Positions 25,951-39,092 of a stretch of 64,000 bases of DNA are shown here, one piece after another. The translations under genes were made by a program, and so were the position numbers. The notes beneath the pieces were generated by a model. The model ran no database searches. It was not told the DNA's origin and worked only from the letters and a program-made list of their open reading frames with translations. The number at the start of each line of letters is the position of its first letter. Positions within the stretch are counted from its first letter, which is position 1. The DNA is taken from the NCBI GenBank assembly GCA_976551045.1, contig CDPCPM010000076.1, positions 6,386,001 through 6,450,000 of the forward strand, written 5' to 3'. This stretch comes from Glaucostegus cemiculus (Eukaryota).

Positions 25951-28900
25951 CATATTCAGGGAAGGGGACGTGAAATATTATTGAACCGATGGATCACAGA
26001 AACCATCCATCAATCCTCAATGTATTAATCAATGAAGTGTTGGATTTCCAGACAAATAATTTACACCAACTAATTTATATGATTTTGGACACATGATTTT
26101 TTTTAAACAATCTTCCTCCAAAATACCTGTGTTAAATGTATTTATAATGAATATCCTCTTTGGCATTTAGATGAACAAATTTTGGTGACTTCATAGAAAT
26201 TGAAGAGAATTTTTGGAAGGAAATGTTTTTTTTCATGGAGGCAAGTAAAAGATTTTTGTCCAACATGATAAGTGTGAGTGCTCTAAATTAATGCAGCTGG
26301 AAAAGAGAACAAACTCTTACACTATCTGTCTGGTCTTCCATTGCATCAGATGAGTAGGAGAGGTTTAGAGGGCTATGGGCCAAACATGGGCAAATGGGAT
26401 CAGCTCACTAAGCAACACAGTCATCATGGACAAGTTGGGCCAAATGGTCTACTTTCATGCTATAAGACACTATGCCTCTATGTAAGGAACAGTGGGATGT
26501 ATCTAATGCAGGATGTATCCAAGACCTCATCATTGACCTTGCAATGTAGCTTTGTGGCTTTGACCCCAAAAACATGGGCAGCTTTCAACAGAATCTATAC
26601 AGGGCATGGGCAATGTGGTACATCCTACATAAATGGAAGATGCAAGATGACTCAAAGTGCTTTGAGTCCCAAACCATGGAAAACCTTGTCAACCTGCCCA
26701 TTAAGATGTGTAGAAGAGGTCACCTCATTTTCTTGGCATCTCAGGAGGCTACTGACTGGACATCCAGGTGTGTTAAGTATGGCATCTGAAAGAAGTCGCG
26801 TGATTTACATTCAGCCCATGTCCCAAAAATATACAGGTGACATTCAGACCTCCTCAATTGCACTTCAACATACTTCAAAGTCTATGCTTGAACTAAAAAC
26901 AAGTCCATCAGAGGCCCTCCTGAAATTGGGGCTTTTGATCCAGAACTATATAGAATAATTTTATGTAAATAAAAACTGTGCACTTTGCAGCCATGGAGAC
27001 ATGTACTCAGTTTCATTATGTGTAAAAAAAATATGTTTGGGACAAGAATTGTTGAGGCTCTTTTGTTTTTGGTTAAATGAAGTTCTGGCTTGGTTTTTGA
27101 CAGTAGACTAATCTACTACTCAAAGGAGAAATTGAACATCATTGTGCTGATTTCTGAGTCAAGAAGGAGGTGGAACAGGTTTTAAGTTTAGGTTACAAGA
27201 ACCATGGAAGGATCCTCATTCATAAATGAATGGGTGATTTGTTTTTCTTTTAGCTGCCTATGATGCCTCTCTAAAGAAGCAGTGAGTGGATTTGGTTATT
27301 TATGCTGGTGTGAAATTGTGGGGCAACTAGGTGGACATTGTGCTGCACAAACTCTGACTGCTCCTTCCAAGTTGAGGATGACTGAAAAGCTCCAAAAAAA
27401 ATGTTGTATTTTGGTGAGTCAACATTGAAAATCAAAAATACTGTAGACGCTGGAAAGGTGAATCAAATGGAAAATGTTGGAAACATTCAGCAGGTTAGGC
27501 AGCAGTTCTGACAAAGGTTGACCAGAAACATTAACTTGTTATGTAGTTGGTGCTTAACTGCTGAGTGTTTCCAGCATTTTCTATTAGCGGTACAGTTATC
27601 CACCTTCCTCTTGGCTCCATGAACCAACAGCTGATGGATTCTGCAAGGGTTTGCTCACAACACTACCATTCCTTCCCTTGCAAGACCAACCTGAGATCAC
27701 TTCTTGGATTGCATTTGGTCAAGATTGCTGCCATCCATGCTGGCATATAATTTCCAGGCAGTAAATTGATGCCCATAACTGCCAACAGTAAAATATAGTG
27801 TAGCACTGACCATAGGTCAGCCTGTAGTCCTAAGTAGATAATTGTTTCAAGGGCGATTTCCAGCTGCAATTATACCAGAAATATTGCCACTGAGGATTAC
27901 ATCAGCTCTTGGCAACGAACATTCGTCACTTTTGTGGGAAGGCAACCGAACTTTGCACAATGGTGACTTTGGAAGGGAGGGTTAAGTTAATTCAGTAAGT
28001 TAAGAGCAAGTCCCATTTTAGGTCTGTGAGTTAGCAACAGTAGGGGTGTGGGGGAAGAGTTGTATTTTTGGTTTCTGTGTACTAAGACTCTTTACCCCAT
28101 GATTATTCAGTAAGCTTGGCTGGGAGATGCTTATGAGGGACCATCAGAAGAAGATGCAAATGATTTCTTCCTCCTTTGCTCTGCTGTTGAATATTTAGTG
28201 TCAAGCACATTTAGTATTGATTTATACAATGTGCTGTGAGCCACCACTGTTAATGCAACTGTATGTCTGCATAAGTCACCATAATTGGTGATGTAAAACA
28301 GTTATATGAGGTGTTGCCTTTTAGTTTGTTTATTAGGTGATTAGCAACCTTTCTTATTGTCACAGGCATGAGTATAATTGCTGAAGGAACACACTTGGGT
28401 TTTTTTGATGGATGAAATGTGCACATTGTGAAATTTAAGTAGAGTTGGGTTGCTTTAGGATTTGTTACAAAGTGTATGCCTTTGCAGCTTGGCTTTATCC
28501 ACATTTAAAGTCCCTGGACAGGGCTTTGGGTAACTTCTATCCTCATTGTAACACAAGCTCAACATTTCATCAGTAAAAGTTAGTCTGGCTTTCATGTAGC
28601 TCCATTATAGTATGAGCAAGGGTCATCTTGTCCTGCTTTACATCCTTGTTTAATTATAAGTATCACACGTGTCCTGTATTTCGTAATGAACAGTAAGAAT
28701 CAAGTGCCACCGTTGTCTTATCTTCTGTAGTTGAGTGGCAAATAAATATTGGCTATTCTTGTGGCTTCAGAAAATAAATTCAGGTAGTATTATTTTCCCT
28801 GACACCCATAGAAATCATTTATCGAATCAATACACTCCCTGTTTTTCAAATGACTTCTTGACTGTCAAAAGAATCTGAAATGCTTTGTGGCCATGATACA

Positions 28901-29384
28901 GTGAACAACATATTAAGTGCAATGTTTTCTTGTATGAACAGCAAAGCTGAAATCAGTAGTGATTTTAAAATTCCAAATATTATAAGGCTTGCAAAACAGG
29001 AATTTCATTTGGGGAAAGTGGTCAGAAGTTCGGAGAGGAACATAATCGCACTCACACTGCGTATTCCCATTGGATAGGAGGTGCAGTGGAGGGAGTCTAC
29101 TGAATCTTCTTGCCTTTCTCCTCCCACCAAGAAATACGATGGAATTTCCAATGTTTTACCAGGAATTCCTTTTGGGATTTTATTGGTCCCATTAAAAGTC
29201 AAGGCAACTTAAATCTCACAGAAGCCTTGTTTAAAAAGGTAGCAGTCTGAAGTAATTTATTTGGGAAGGAGACCTGGGTCTGCAAGGACAATGGCTTTGC
29301 TAGGAGCTAAAGGCTTTAAAAAAAAAAGTCATTTTAATTCATTTTTGGGAAATGGGTATCCTTATGTCTGTCATTTGTTATTGT

Positions 29385-29545
29385 GACAAGAGCCAGGTAT
29401 GTTGATTAAAGCCAGGACACTAGGGAGATCTTCCCCTCACTACTTTTTCAGAATATTGCTGTGAAACCTTTATGTTACCCTGAAAGCACATAGTCTCTTG
29501 GTTCAATGTCTTATTTGAAGGACGGCACCTCCAGCATTGCAAGAC
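29385..29545 (-). mobile_element. Deu-SINE-like fragment
   Basis: gccaggacactagggagatcttcccc...ttggttcaatgtcttatttgaaggacggcacctcc; same family as the copy at 10.8-11.2 kb. Confidence 0.55.
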
Positions 29546-29564
29546 CCAACAAATTTACCTTTTG

Positions 29565-30230
29565 AAGTAGAAAATGTCCCAAGGTACTTCACAGGAGATG
29601 TGTCAAAGATTGGTGCTGAGCATATAGGAGAGCTTGAGGCAGATGAACAAGAGCTTGGTCAGACAGGAAGGGTTTAAAGAACATCTTAAAACACTAATGC
29701 AAGGTGGAGAGGCAGAGAGGTTTCGAGTACGACATCTAAACTAATGGGATTTTGCGATCACAGACACAGCTGCCAGTTGTGGAGGGATTCAATGTGGTAA
29801 CACTTAAGAGGCCAGGAGTGGAAGTGTGATATCTTAAAGGTTATGGAATCTGAGGAGATTACCAAAAAATGGTGTGCAAACAAAGATGAGAATTATGAAA
29901 TTGTTTAATTGGGAGCCAATGCAAGTCTGTATGCAAAGGGGTGATGGATGAACAGGGTTAGTGCAAGTTAACCTCTGGGTGGCAACGTTTCATGACCTCA
30001 AGTTGAAGGTGCCTGAAACTAAAGAGATGACCAGGCTTGTGGTGGAATGATCAAGTTTGCAGTAATAAAGTAACGGATGAGCTTATTGTCAACATCAAGT
30101 TGAATCTTTTGAGGTTATATTGCTGTAAAAGTATGCAGTCTTAATGAGGGAATGGAAGTATGATCAGAATCTCACCTTGAGGTCAAACACTACAACAAAA
30201 TTGTGAATGGTCTGGTTCAGTTTCAGACTG
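29565..30230 (-). mobile_element. Decayed L2-like LINE 3' region
   Basis: Reverse-strand L2-type 3' end: aaatgtcccaaggtacttcacagg, aagagcttggtcagacaggaagggtttaaag, ggtggagaggcagagaggttt. Confidence 0.55.
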
Positions 30231-32443
30231 TGGCAGTTTGAAGAATGGAGTTGGTGTTCAGGAGCTCTTATTGACGACAGATCAAGAAGTGTTAGTTTTG
30301 TTTGGCTCAATAGCCATTGTTAAAACATCTGGTGGCATGCCGTTTTCCAAATGTATAAATCAAGCACGCACACAGAAAATGGAATTTTATTGTATCACAC
30401 AGCAGGACACAGAAAAGGCTGTACCTTTTTTGCATGGTATTGTTTATTTGCATTCTTTCATCAGTTCTTCAGGGCAAGATAGTCCCTTCCCTTTCCCCTC
30501 ATCTTCACTTCAGGTTTTATGTGGGTGTATTCCAGCGTTCACTATCCTATCACAGATAAGGACCACTTTGCTGCTTTTGGTCCTTGATTGCTTTACCAGG
30601 GCTTCTGTACGTGTTTAAATCTTTTTTTCCCCCCTCTGGTGAATGCTGGAGGATTTAATCCTGATGTACTGCAGGATTGTCCAGTGCACCAACCACAAGC
30701 CACATCGACTGAAAATCCACATAAAATTAACTACATTTCTGTAAAGTAAGTATGCTGCCACTGAGGAGTTTCGGATGTGAATACTCACAACCCCACTTTA
30801 AGTCCTGTGCATTTTGGTCATTGAAACAGTGCAAGCCTTTTTGACCTGGTTCCTTGGTTACTGCTTATTGGCTTTTATGAGTGCGAATAGCAGGCATCAG
30901 CACGGTGGGAAATATGCAAAATGCACAGTGGCAACGCCACATGGAACAGCTGGTGGGGTGACCTATTTGGGCTTCTGCGATCGCCGCTACAGGCTAGCAG
31001 AAGGAAGTTAGCTCAACCAATTAGGAGCAGCTCTGGCTGCGGGTAAAAAGCAACCGTGATTCAGTCAGGTTCTGAGTGGAGGAGGATGAGTCTGACCCCC
31101 TCTTGTGAGAGACAGCATTCTCAGCAATCCCGCTGATAAATGGATACCCCACCTTAATACGAGGTGTGGACTATTAGGTCAATTGAACATCCCTGGCTCT
31201 GCTCCAGTGCAGTAGAATTTATAACAAAACATTTTTATTTTGAACAGTAGAATTTGTCTTTCTTTTTCCATGTTGCTTGGATCAATAATGTAAACAGCAC
31301 TGGATGTGTAACCATCTTCATTCACAGCACTGATTCAAAATATCTGTTGTGGGGCTATGAAGTGTGTGCACTGCTGAGCATTCTTGGCAGTTTTCACGAG
31401 CTCCATTGAGAGTATAGGGTGCAGCAGTCTGCTGGTAGGTTCTGCCCCCCACCTTTCAGCAGAATTGGGAAAACTGCTCCACCTCTGGGGCCTGCAATCT
31501 GAACTGTGGTCTAAATGGTGGATTCTAATAATATCTACCAGTCTAGTACCCTTTACTGATCAACCTCTTTTCACTGCACTGTGCAGCTAACAGTGACAAG
31601 CATGATTTTTTTAATGTATATATTGTACAAGCATGTTTTGTCTTAGATTATATCTCTCAGACCCAGAATTTGCAAAGCAGACATTTTATGTGTAATTGTG
31701 GACTGATAACATACTCCACAGGGTGAGAGAAATTCATTAATTCACAAATAATTAAACCATTTTTTTTCTGTATTAAGTCAGTGGGGGATTGGCCTTTGAT
31801 AATAGGGGTAATTTTATATTCTTGTAAGTAAAAGTTGACGGCCACAGGATAACAGTAGAAGACTGTACTAGGAGAGCACGTTCGCTTCCAGTGTACAAAA
31901 TCTAGTCTAGCACATATGTTGCAGAGATCCATTTCCATGCTCTTTTGCATTTAGTGAACTGAGCTTCACTTCCTGTCCAAGCCCTGATTTAATGCAAAAC
32001 TATCTCACTGAGTACATGATTCAGCAGCATGAGTTGTCTTTTGCATTTTGTCTTTTGAAATAGGGGCAAGGAAATGAACTCAACTCCAAGTCATTTTATT
32101 GTACTATAAGTTTTAGATTTGTTTCTGTGCTTTTTTTAAAACATTAGATTTTTTGGCTTAAAATATAAAATGATTTGCTTTTAAATGCAATTTGTCATTA
32201 CTTGGTGGTTCCTGGCAAAATAAAACAAACCTGGGGGCACTTATTCTCAGTAATTAAGAACTATTTTCAGTGCATTCTAGTTCAAATGGCCAGAGCTTTA
32301 TCACCTGTAGAAAACATGTGCAACGTGAGGTGGTTCTGCCAGTGGATGTTGTAAGGTTTACTCTGCCCTCAGTGGTCCACACCCTGCCCATTCATGGCCA
32401 GGAATACTGCATTACGTGTCATATTGAAAAGTATGACCCACTT

Positions 32444-32621
32444 TGATGCTGCAGGAGCTCAGGAAGTCGGGCAGCATCCGTAGAGAAAAGCAGGCGGTTA
32501 ACATTTCGAGTCAGGACCCTGCCTGCTTTTCTCCACGGATGCTGCCTGGCTTGCTGAGTCCCTCCAGCAGCATCATGTTTTTCATCTAGGTATTCCAGCA
32601 TCTGCAGTCCTTTGTCTCTCT
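32444..32621. mobile_element. Penelope-derived hairpin insertion with long target-site duplication
   Basis: Inverted arms at 32444-32495 and 32521-32575. Flanked by atgacccactt at 32433-32443 and 32625-32635 (14 bp with one mismatch). Confidence 0.85.
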
Positions 32622-35179
32622 AGCATGACCCACTTATTCAGTGACCATCTTATATGGCGTCACCATATTAATCAAAGTTCAGTCATGACTATTTTTATCA
32701 TATCTTTAACTTCTCCTTGAGCAAGAATTGAGTTTAAGTTGTTCTGTCTATGAAACCATTGAAGATGTAAATAAGATTCCTGTTGAACTTCTACATTTTC
32801 TTTATTAGGTGTGCCGGTTTCTAATTCAGGTCAAAACCTTTTTTTCCTTGCTCCCTAACTTTGCAGAAAACCTGTTAGTGTTAGCAATATTAGGCAACCG
32901 GCTGGATATGGGGAGGCCAGAAGCCAAATGCCACAGATGATAGAAACCTGAAACAAAAATTGAATAATACATGGGCAGCATTTGTGACGATGGAAACAGC
33001 GTTAACATTTCACATCAAAGTTCTTGTACCAGAACTGGGAAAAATTTCATTCCTAACTTCTCAGTTCAGCTAAAAAGTACTGGACATGAAATTTTAAATC
33101 CGTTCCCTCTTCACAGATGCTTACTCACCTGTTGAGTATTTCCAGTTTTTCTGCTTCTATTTTAGATTTGAAGAAAATCTGCCCAAGGCATTGGCTGAGA
33201 TACAAGAAGGTGTTAGGCTGTAGTAAGAAATGTTATTCTCTGCTGTGATTCCTGAGGGCAAAATTTAATAAGAGTTTGCATAGAAATTGTGGGAGCTTTG
33301 CCTCTGCCAGGAAACTCTACATATTGAATGGCGAATAAGCTTGTTGAGAATGGGAGGAAGATAGCATCATTGGAGATGACTCTTAATTTGTTGCCAGTGG
33401 AATGGTAGTTCTCAAAAGATTTTTAGAAAACTGCCTGCCAAGATGCTGTCAATGTAACCAGAGACGGCACTCCCCCTAGACATTGCGTAAGTGCGTTTGG
33501 CCAATGTCATGGCTGCCATTGTCATCAGCAAAGGAACATGCAATGTAGAGATACTAACAAGTACTTATAGTTGTTATTTATTGGAATGCACTAATCCTTT
33601 TTCTGTTCTCTCTGTAATATTTGCCTAGGGAGTGTAGACTGAAATTTGAGCTATGGTTTTATAATAAAGAGCAATTTTCCTATTTAGAAGATTTACAGTG
33701 CTTTGATATATATACAATGCTTTCAGGCCCATTCTGTGCATATTATTCTGTTTACTTTTGGCTCCATCCATTATAAGTGAGGGTTTTTTTGTTTGAAGGC
33801 TATCAGATTTGTAAAAATTTAACACATCTTACAAGTGTTCCTGGTTAAATTTAATACCGGAAGAAGTTCCTTGAAAGATGATCTGATTCTTTGAAAGTTA
33901 TTTAGTCCTGCTGTGTCCAACTTGGTGTAGGCGAGCAGTTCATTGATGGTTGCAATGTTTAAAATTCTGTGACTTTGGTCTTAGTGCTGCACTTTCTTAA
34001 CTTCCTATCCATTCCCAGTTGGTTGAGTGCTAAGTGGGAGTGAACTCAGATGTGTTTCTTAAGGGTGGGGAAAGAGAAGGAAAAAAATGTGAAGGAGAAT
34101 TTGTGCTGTTATTATTGCTCCTGTTCAAACCAGAATTCCTGGTCCAACTCCATAATTGATGCTATAAATTGGAGACATTTTAAACCCAATTTTCCTCTGG
34201 AAGATGTAAATGAAAAGCAGGCATTCTAATAATCTTGGGATTGCTGGAAGGAGCTGATATCAACTTCATTGTGGAATAACTTGGTCCAGGCTGGGAATGG
34301 ATTTCCACCGTATCTGAGTTTTGCAGTTAAATCAGTGGAGTTCTGATTCATGTGTACTAATCTGAGTCTAATTGCTTCATCAGGTCCAAATGCTGGTGTA
34401 CTGTAAAGAATTTATTACCTGTGCCTACACTTAAACATAATCCCATTTAAACTTTAAATAAACACCTAGCTCATTTTTTTTTAAGAATTATATGTTGGAC
34501 TTCATACTGCTGTCTCCCACTTTAGATACAATACTTTTTAATAGAAGCATGGTGGTATCATGACTACTGGCTCATGGGCATCTGCTGGGAGAAATGGGAG
34601 GGAGGTGGCCTTGACTTTCCTAAAGGAATTGGAGATTAATTTTCCCAAAGTAAAATTTTACTCCTTGTTCGCCCTAGGATTTTGGAATTGCTTGGTACTG
34701 ATATCCAGACCATATATATCTCCCTCCTAAGGGAAGGGAATTTTTTTGTGTGTTTCAGTTTTTCTCGAGGCTTGGTGAGTTTAATTTTTAATCGCTATGT
34801 AAATATCAGATCATGTTTTTCTTTTTTTCCTCTAAGTATACTAATTTATAATCCTCAAGGTTATGCACTTTGTGATTATAATTATTGATTTACTTTTCTA
34901 GTTTCATCTTTTGTAAAAAGAAACCTGCAGCTAGATCTAGTTCTTGCCTAGAATTGGTGCAATTTTCTGGTTTATGAATGACATTACAATATAAAGAGGA
35001 GAGCCCATTTGCCTTAGCAACCGTTGAGAGTTGTACTACTGCCAAGTAATGTATTCAGCTAAATTCCCTTCCTGGTCAGACCTGATTTCATGCTCTACCT
35101 GCCTGGACAAGTCTTTACTTGGATATAGATAGCATTGTAAATAATGCAATAAGCTAATAACCAGAAGCTAGTCAAACTA

Positions 35180-35720
35180 GGCAGGCACAGTAGTGTAACG
35201 GTTAATGTAAGGTTTAAGTTTTATTTACAGCGTGGTAACAGGCCCTTTCGGCCCAACGAGTCTGTGCCGCCCATTTTAAACCCCCAAATTAACCTACCCG
35301 TACGTCTTCAGCATGTGGGAGGAAACCGGAGCACCCAGAGGAAACCCACGCAGACACGGGAGAACGTACAAACTCCTTACAGTCAGCGACGGGAATCGAA
35401 CCCTGATCGCTGGCGCTGTAACAGCGTCGCGCTAACCGCTACGCTATCGTGCTGCCCATAACGCTTTACAGTGCCAGCAACCTGGGTTCAATTCCAGCCA
35501 CTGTCTGTAAGGAGTTTGTACGCTCTCCCCGTGTCTGCGTGGGTTTCCTCTGGGTTCTTCTGTTTCCTCCCACATTCCAAAGACGTATGGGTTAGGAAGT
35601 TGTGGGCATGCTATGTTGGTGCCGGAAGCATGGTGACAGTTGCGGGCTGCCCCCAGAACACGCTATGCAAAAAGATGTATTTCACTGTGTGTGTTTAGAT
35701 GTACATGTGACTAAAAGGTA
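35180..35720 (+). mobile_element. V-SINE (host), split by a nested SINE
   Basis: Head ggcaggcacagtagtgtaacggttaatgtaa (35180-35210) resumes at 35458 (ataacgctttacagtgccagc...gggttcaattcc), followed by the V-core and the tail tttcactgtgtg...gatgtacatgtgact. Confidence 0.88.
35211..35457 (-). mobile_element. Young full-length V-SINE inserted antisense into another SINE
   Basis: CpG-rich. The reverse complement starts gggcagcacgatagcgtagcggttagc, has the B box ggttcgattccc and the V-core, and ends in gggccgaaagggcctgttaccacgctgtaaataaaa. Confidence 0.92.
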
Positions 35721-36029
35721 TCTATTGCTGTTTCCTTATTGTTGCTAAAGTGTTTTGAGTTGGAAATATCTGACCAATATGTTGCATTCTGGTAACCTTT
35801 GTGGGAAAATAGGAATTGAAAGACTTGGCCTTCTGTAGCATAAATCTGCAATTTGTATGGTAGATGTGAAAGTACTGTCTGGTTTCTGCAACATGTTAAT
35901 GTTCTGATCTGAGAGACATCCTACATTAACATCTTAGGGTGTTCTCAACAAAATCGGAAGAGGAAGTTTTAATTTAATAGCAAAAGAATGCTATAGTTTA
36001 TTGTTTTAAGAACCGCTCATTGAGCCAAC

Positions 36030-36217
36030 TTATTAGTCACATGTACATCGAAACACAGTGAAATACATCATCCTAACCCACACGTCTTTGGAATATGGGA
36101 GGAAACCAGAGCACCCAGAAGAAACCCATGCAGACATGGGGACAACATACAGACCAGTGGCTGGAATTGAACCTGGGTTGCTGGCGCTGTAAACATTACG
36201 CTAACTGCTACACTACC
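36030..36217 (-). mobile_element. V-SINE, internally shortened tail variant
   Basis: The reverse complement has the head, the V-core and the tail atttcactgtgtttcgatgtacatgtgactaataa. Confidence 0.88.
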
Positions 36218-36974
36218 AATGCTATAAAATAAACTTCTTTTCATCTTTCTCCCTACCTTTGTTGTCTTTCACTTGTTCAACATTTGAATTCTTCTTCACC
36301 TGGTGGGATCTGACCTGTGCACTTCTCTGTGCATTCCTTCAAAGTTGCTTAGTATTCAGCAGCTCAATCAACAGAGTTGTTTGGGTTATTGTCCCAAGCT
36401 TTCCCATTCTTGGCACTGTTTTTTTGTGCTGCTGGATCAAAGCCGTGAGCAACAATGGAATTGGACCACTGAAAGTGGCTGATTTAGAATGCCAGGCAAC
36501 ATTGGAATTGCTAATCCACCTTCTCCAAAAATACTGGGCCATGTTAAGAAGGTATGAAATGTGTTGGGCCTTAGGAGGCCGATTGGTGTATATAGCATGG
36601 GGACCTCTCATTCCAAATGGTCTGGATACCGTTACCAAGCAATTCCAAAATCCTAGGCACAACAAGGAGTAACATTTTACTTTGGGGGAAAATTAATCTC
36701 CAATCCCTTTAGGAAAGGCAAGGCCCCCTCCCTCCCATTTCTCCCAGCAGATGCCCATGAGCCAGTAGTCTTGATACCACTGTGTTTCTATTAAAAAGTA
36801 TTGTCTGTAAAAACAACAACAACAGTTTCAATGAAATATTGAATTATGATTTGAATTTGTATTTGGCAGAGAAATGCCTATGTTGATGGCTGCTGAATCT
36901 GGCACTCCTTGAAGCTGAACCTGCAGCTCAATACGCTATTCACTAAGCACTCATTCAGATTTTGTTTCATTGAT

Positions 36975-37270
36975 TCATTTTTGTTTGGGATGTAGGCGTC
37001 AGAGGCAAGGCCAACGTTAATTGTCCATCCTTAATTGACCTTGAGAAAGTGGTGGTGAGCCACCTTGAACTGCTGCATTCCTTCAGGTGAAGTTATTCCA
37101 ACAATCGTATTGAATGGGGAGTTCAAACATTTTAGACCCAGCAACGACATAGGAATGGAGATATATTTCCAAGGCAGGATGTTTTGGACTTTCAGTTAAT
37201 CCCATATGCCTGCTGCCTTTGCCGCCTTGATGGGAGGTGTTGTTGCAGAAGCTTAAGTGAATGGCTGCAG
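36975..37270 (-). mobile_element. LINE 3' end fragment (same family as 44300-44850)
   Basis: ggcaaggccaacgttaattgtccatccttaattgaccttgagaaagtggtggtgagcc is the inverse of 44775-44830; further copies at about 25090-25420 and 45480-45550. Confidence 0.65.
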
Positions 37271-38876
37271 GACCCTTAGCTGAGAATCCCTATTGACCTA
37301 ACTTCTGGAGTTGTCAGGGTAGGTGATGATCATTTTCTTTTACTCACTGGAATGAAGGGAAAGGCTTACGATAAATCACCCTAGGGTTACTAAAATGCAG
37401 CATTATATATTTTTTAAAAAGGTGGATCAACAACACCATAAACTAAATTCCAAAGTTTAAGAAAATAAATGGGGGTAGAAATGATTACTGGAAATCATTA
37501 GTGTCAGTGTGCAAATTAATCTTAACCAGTTTCCACACATTTCAGCTGGAGATGGATATTTTAAAAATTGCTTCATTCTTATGCAAAACAGATCCCTACC
37601 AGATGTTAATAGTAAGCATAAAAATGCTCATTCTAATGCTGAATGCTACTTTGTCTGACATTGGAGACTAGGTAAAATTTATTAGCTGGGTTTCAATTGT
37701 AATGCGAAATGTGTCCAATCCCTTATCAATGTAAAGGCCTGCAGTATCTGCAGCTGTACATGCATGTGTTCTGGCTGCTGCACTACCTACAAGACGGTAT
37801 CAATCCAGTTCTTTAATTTTTCATTATCATAATATTAATAAAGACTATTTGACAGATTGATGCGAGTCTGTTAGCCAGACCTATTTAAAAATGCCTTTCA
37901 ACAATTGTTTGCCTGTGCACGATGCACAAGTCAATCTCCAAATGATTGCAGTCTTTGTGAGGCTGTTGACAAGCCTTTTGTATTTGGAGAGGAAGGAAAT
38001 GTACACGTTCATTTTCTTAACTTGACTCCACAGAGGAGTGATGCAGTAATGGATGCTGATGAATCCTTTGTCATTTGCTTGAAGTGGCACACACAAAGTG
38101 AGGGAGCCCCTTTCCATATAAATAATAGTGCAAGAAAGCACACCATCTGAGGGTTATCCAGTATTTATTTGGAGCTGGCACTGGGAAAACAGAAAAATAG
38201 AATAAAGTGAGAGTGAGAAAGAGCATAATATTATTCTGATCCCCTTTTAAATAAGACAAGCCAAAGAGGAAGATGATTTTAAAACTTGGTTTGGTGACAT
38301 TGTTTCAGAACTCCCTTGTTATCTTTTCTAAAGAAGATTCTGCTAAGTGTTGGACTTTATTGTTGTGTGATTATGATGTGATCACACAACATTTTTTTCC
38401 ATTTCAGACCACACAACTAAATGGAAAAGAAGGAACTCAAGGAGAAATTGTAAAGGATGCATTGAGCTAAATGCATCGAGTTTAAAGCAATGAGACAGTT
38501 ATTGCTGCTTTGGCTGAACTTGTATGATATTTTAGCACATGCTTTTACTCGCACACAGTTTATCACTCTCTTGCATTGGACCAAACTTGATGGGTGATGT
38601 AACACTTGTGCAGCTGTGTGAATTTTGACCAGTTTCTGAAAGAATGAAGGACTACTTGGAAGGGCAAGAACCTGTGTTTGTGCTTTGTGGTCCTTCGAAT
38701 GTCCTAAAGTGCTTCTCAGCTCTGAGTTCTTTTTTGAAGTGCAGTCACTGTATTAATGTAGATAAGTAGCTAAAATGCACCAGTTACCTATAACCACAAA
38801 TAATGTGAATCTAACTCTTTCAGGACACTTTCTGAACTATTTTTAATAATTAATAATCTTAAAGAATTTTGCTGTA

Positions 38877-39092
38877 CAGGTCATGCCCAGCTTGCAAACA
38901 CTCGGTTTGTATACAGCCTGTGTATACAAATGTTTGGGAGGCTGGTAGGATGGATTTTCCAGTTGCTGTGGGGATGCTGGCATCTTCTGGAACCTGAGAA
39001 TTCCGTTCGTGGCCACACTTCTGACTTGCAAACTGTTCGGGTAATGAGCGGTTCACAGGAACGGAACCATTCCATAACCTGGGGGTGATCTG
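38877..39092. mobile_element. Tigger/pogo-like (Tc1-mariner) MITE
   Basis: TA|CAGGTCATGCCCAGCTT ... AACCTGGGGGTGATCTG|TA: imperfect terminal inverted repeats starting CAG, with TA duplications at 38875-76 and 39093-94. Confidence 0.75.

Larger units (their letters stand above)
34528..36804. repeat. Long inverted repeat, arms 34528-34713 and 36617-36804
   Basis: Manual alignment of the left arm to the reverse complement of the right arm gives 14 substitutions and one 2-nt indel over about 188 nt. Confidence 0.95.

Noticed and set aside
26341-26958. Longest ORF (205 aa) as a novel gene
   Set aside because: It begins inside a CR1 3' tail and runs through what looks like decayed LINE RT (VEEVTSF, then FLGI in another frame); most likely a chance open frame.
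34526-34639. Trp-rich peptide (IQYFLIEAWWYHDYWLMGICWEKWEGGGLDFPKGIGD*) in the left inverted-repeat arm
   Set aside because: It is short, ends in a stop, has no recognisable homology and lies upstream of the PAK3 ATG.
35380-35500. tRNA genes
   Set aside because: The A/B boxes belong to SINE heads that run straight into V-core sequence; no full cloverleaf is evident.
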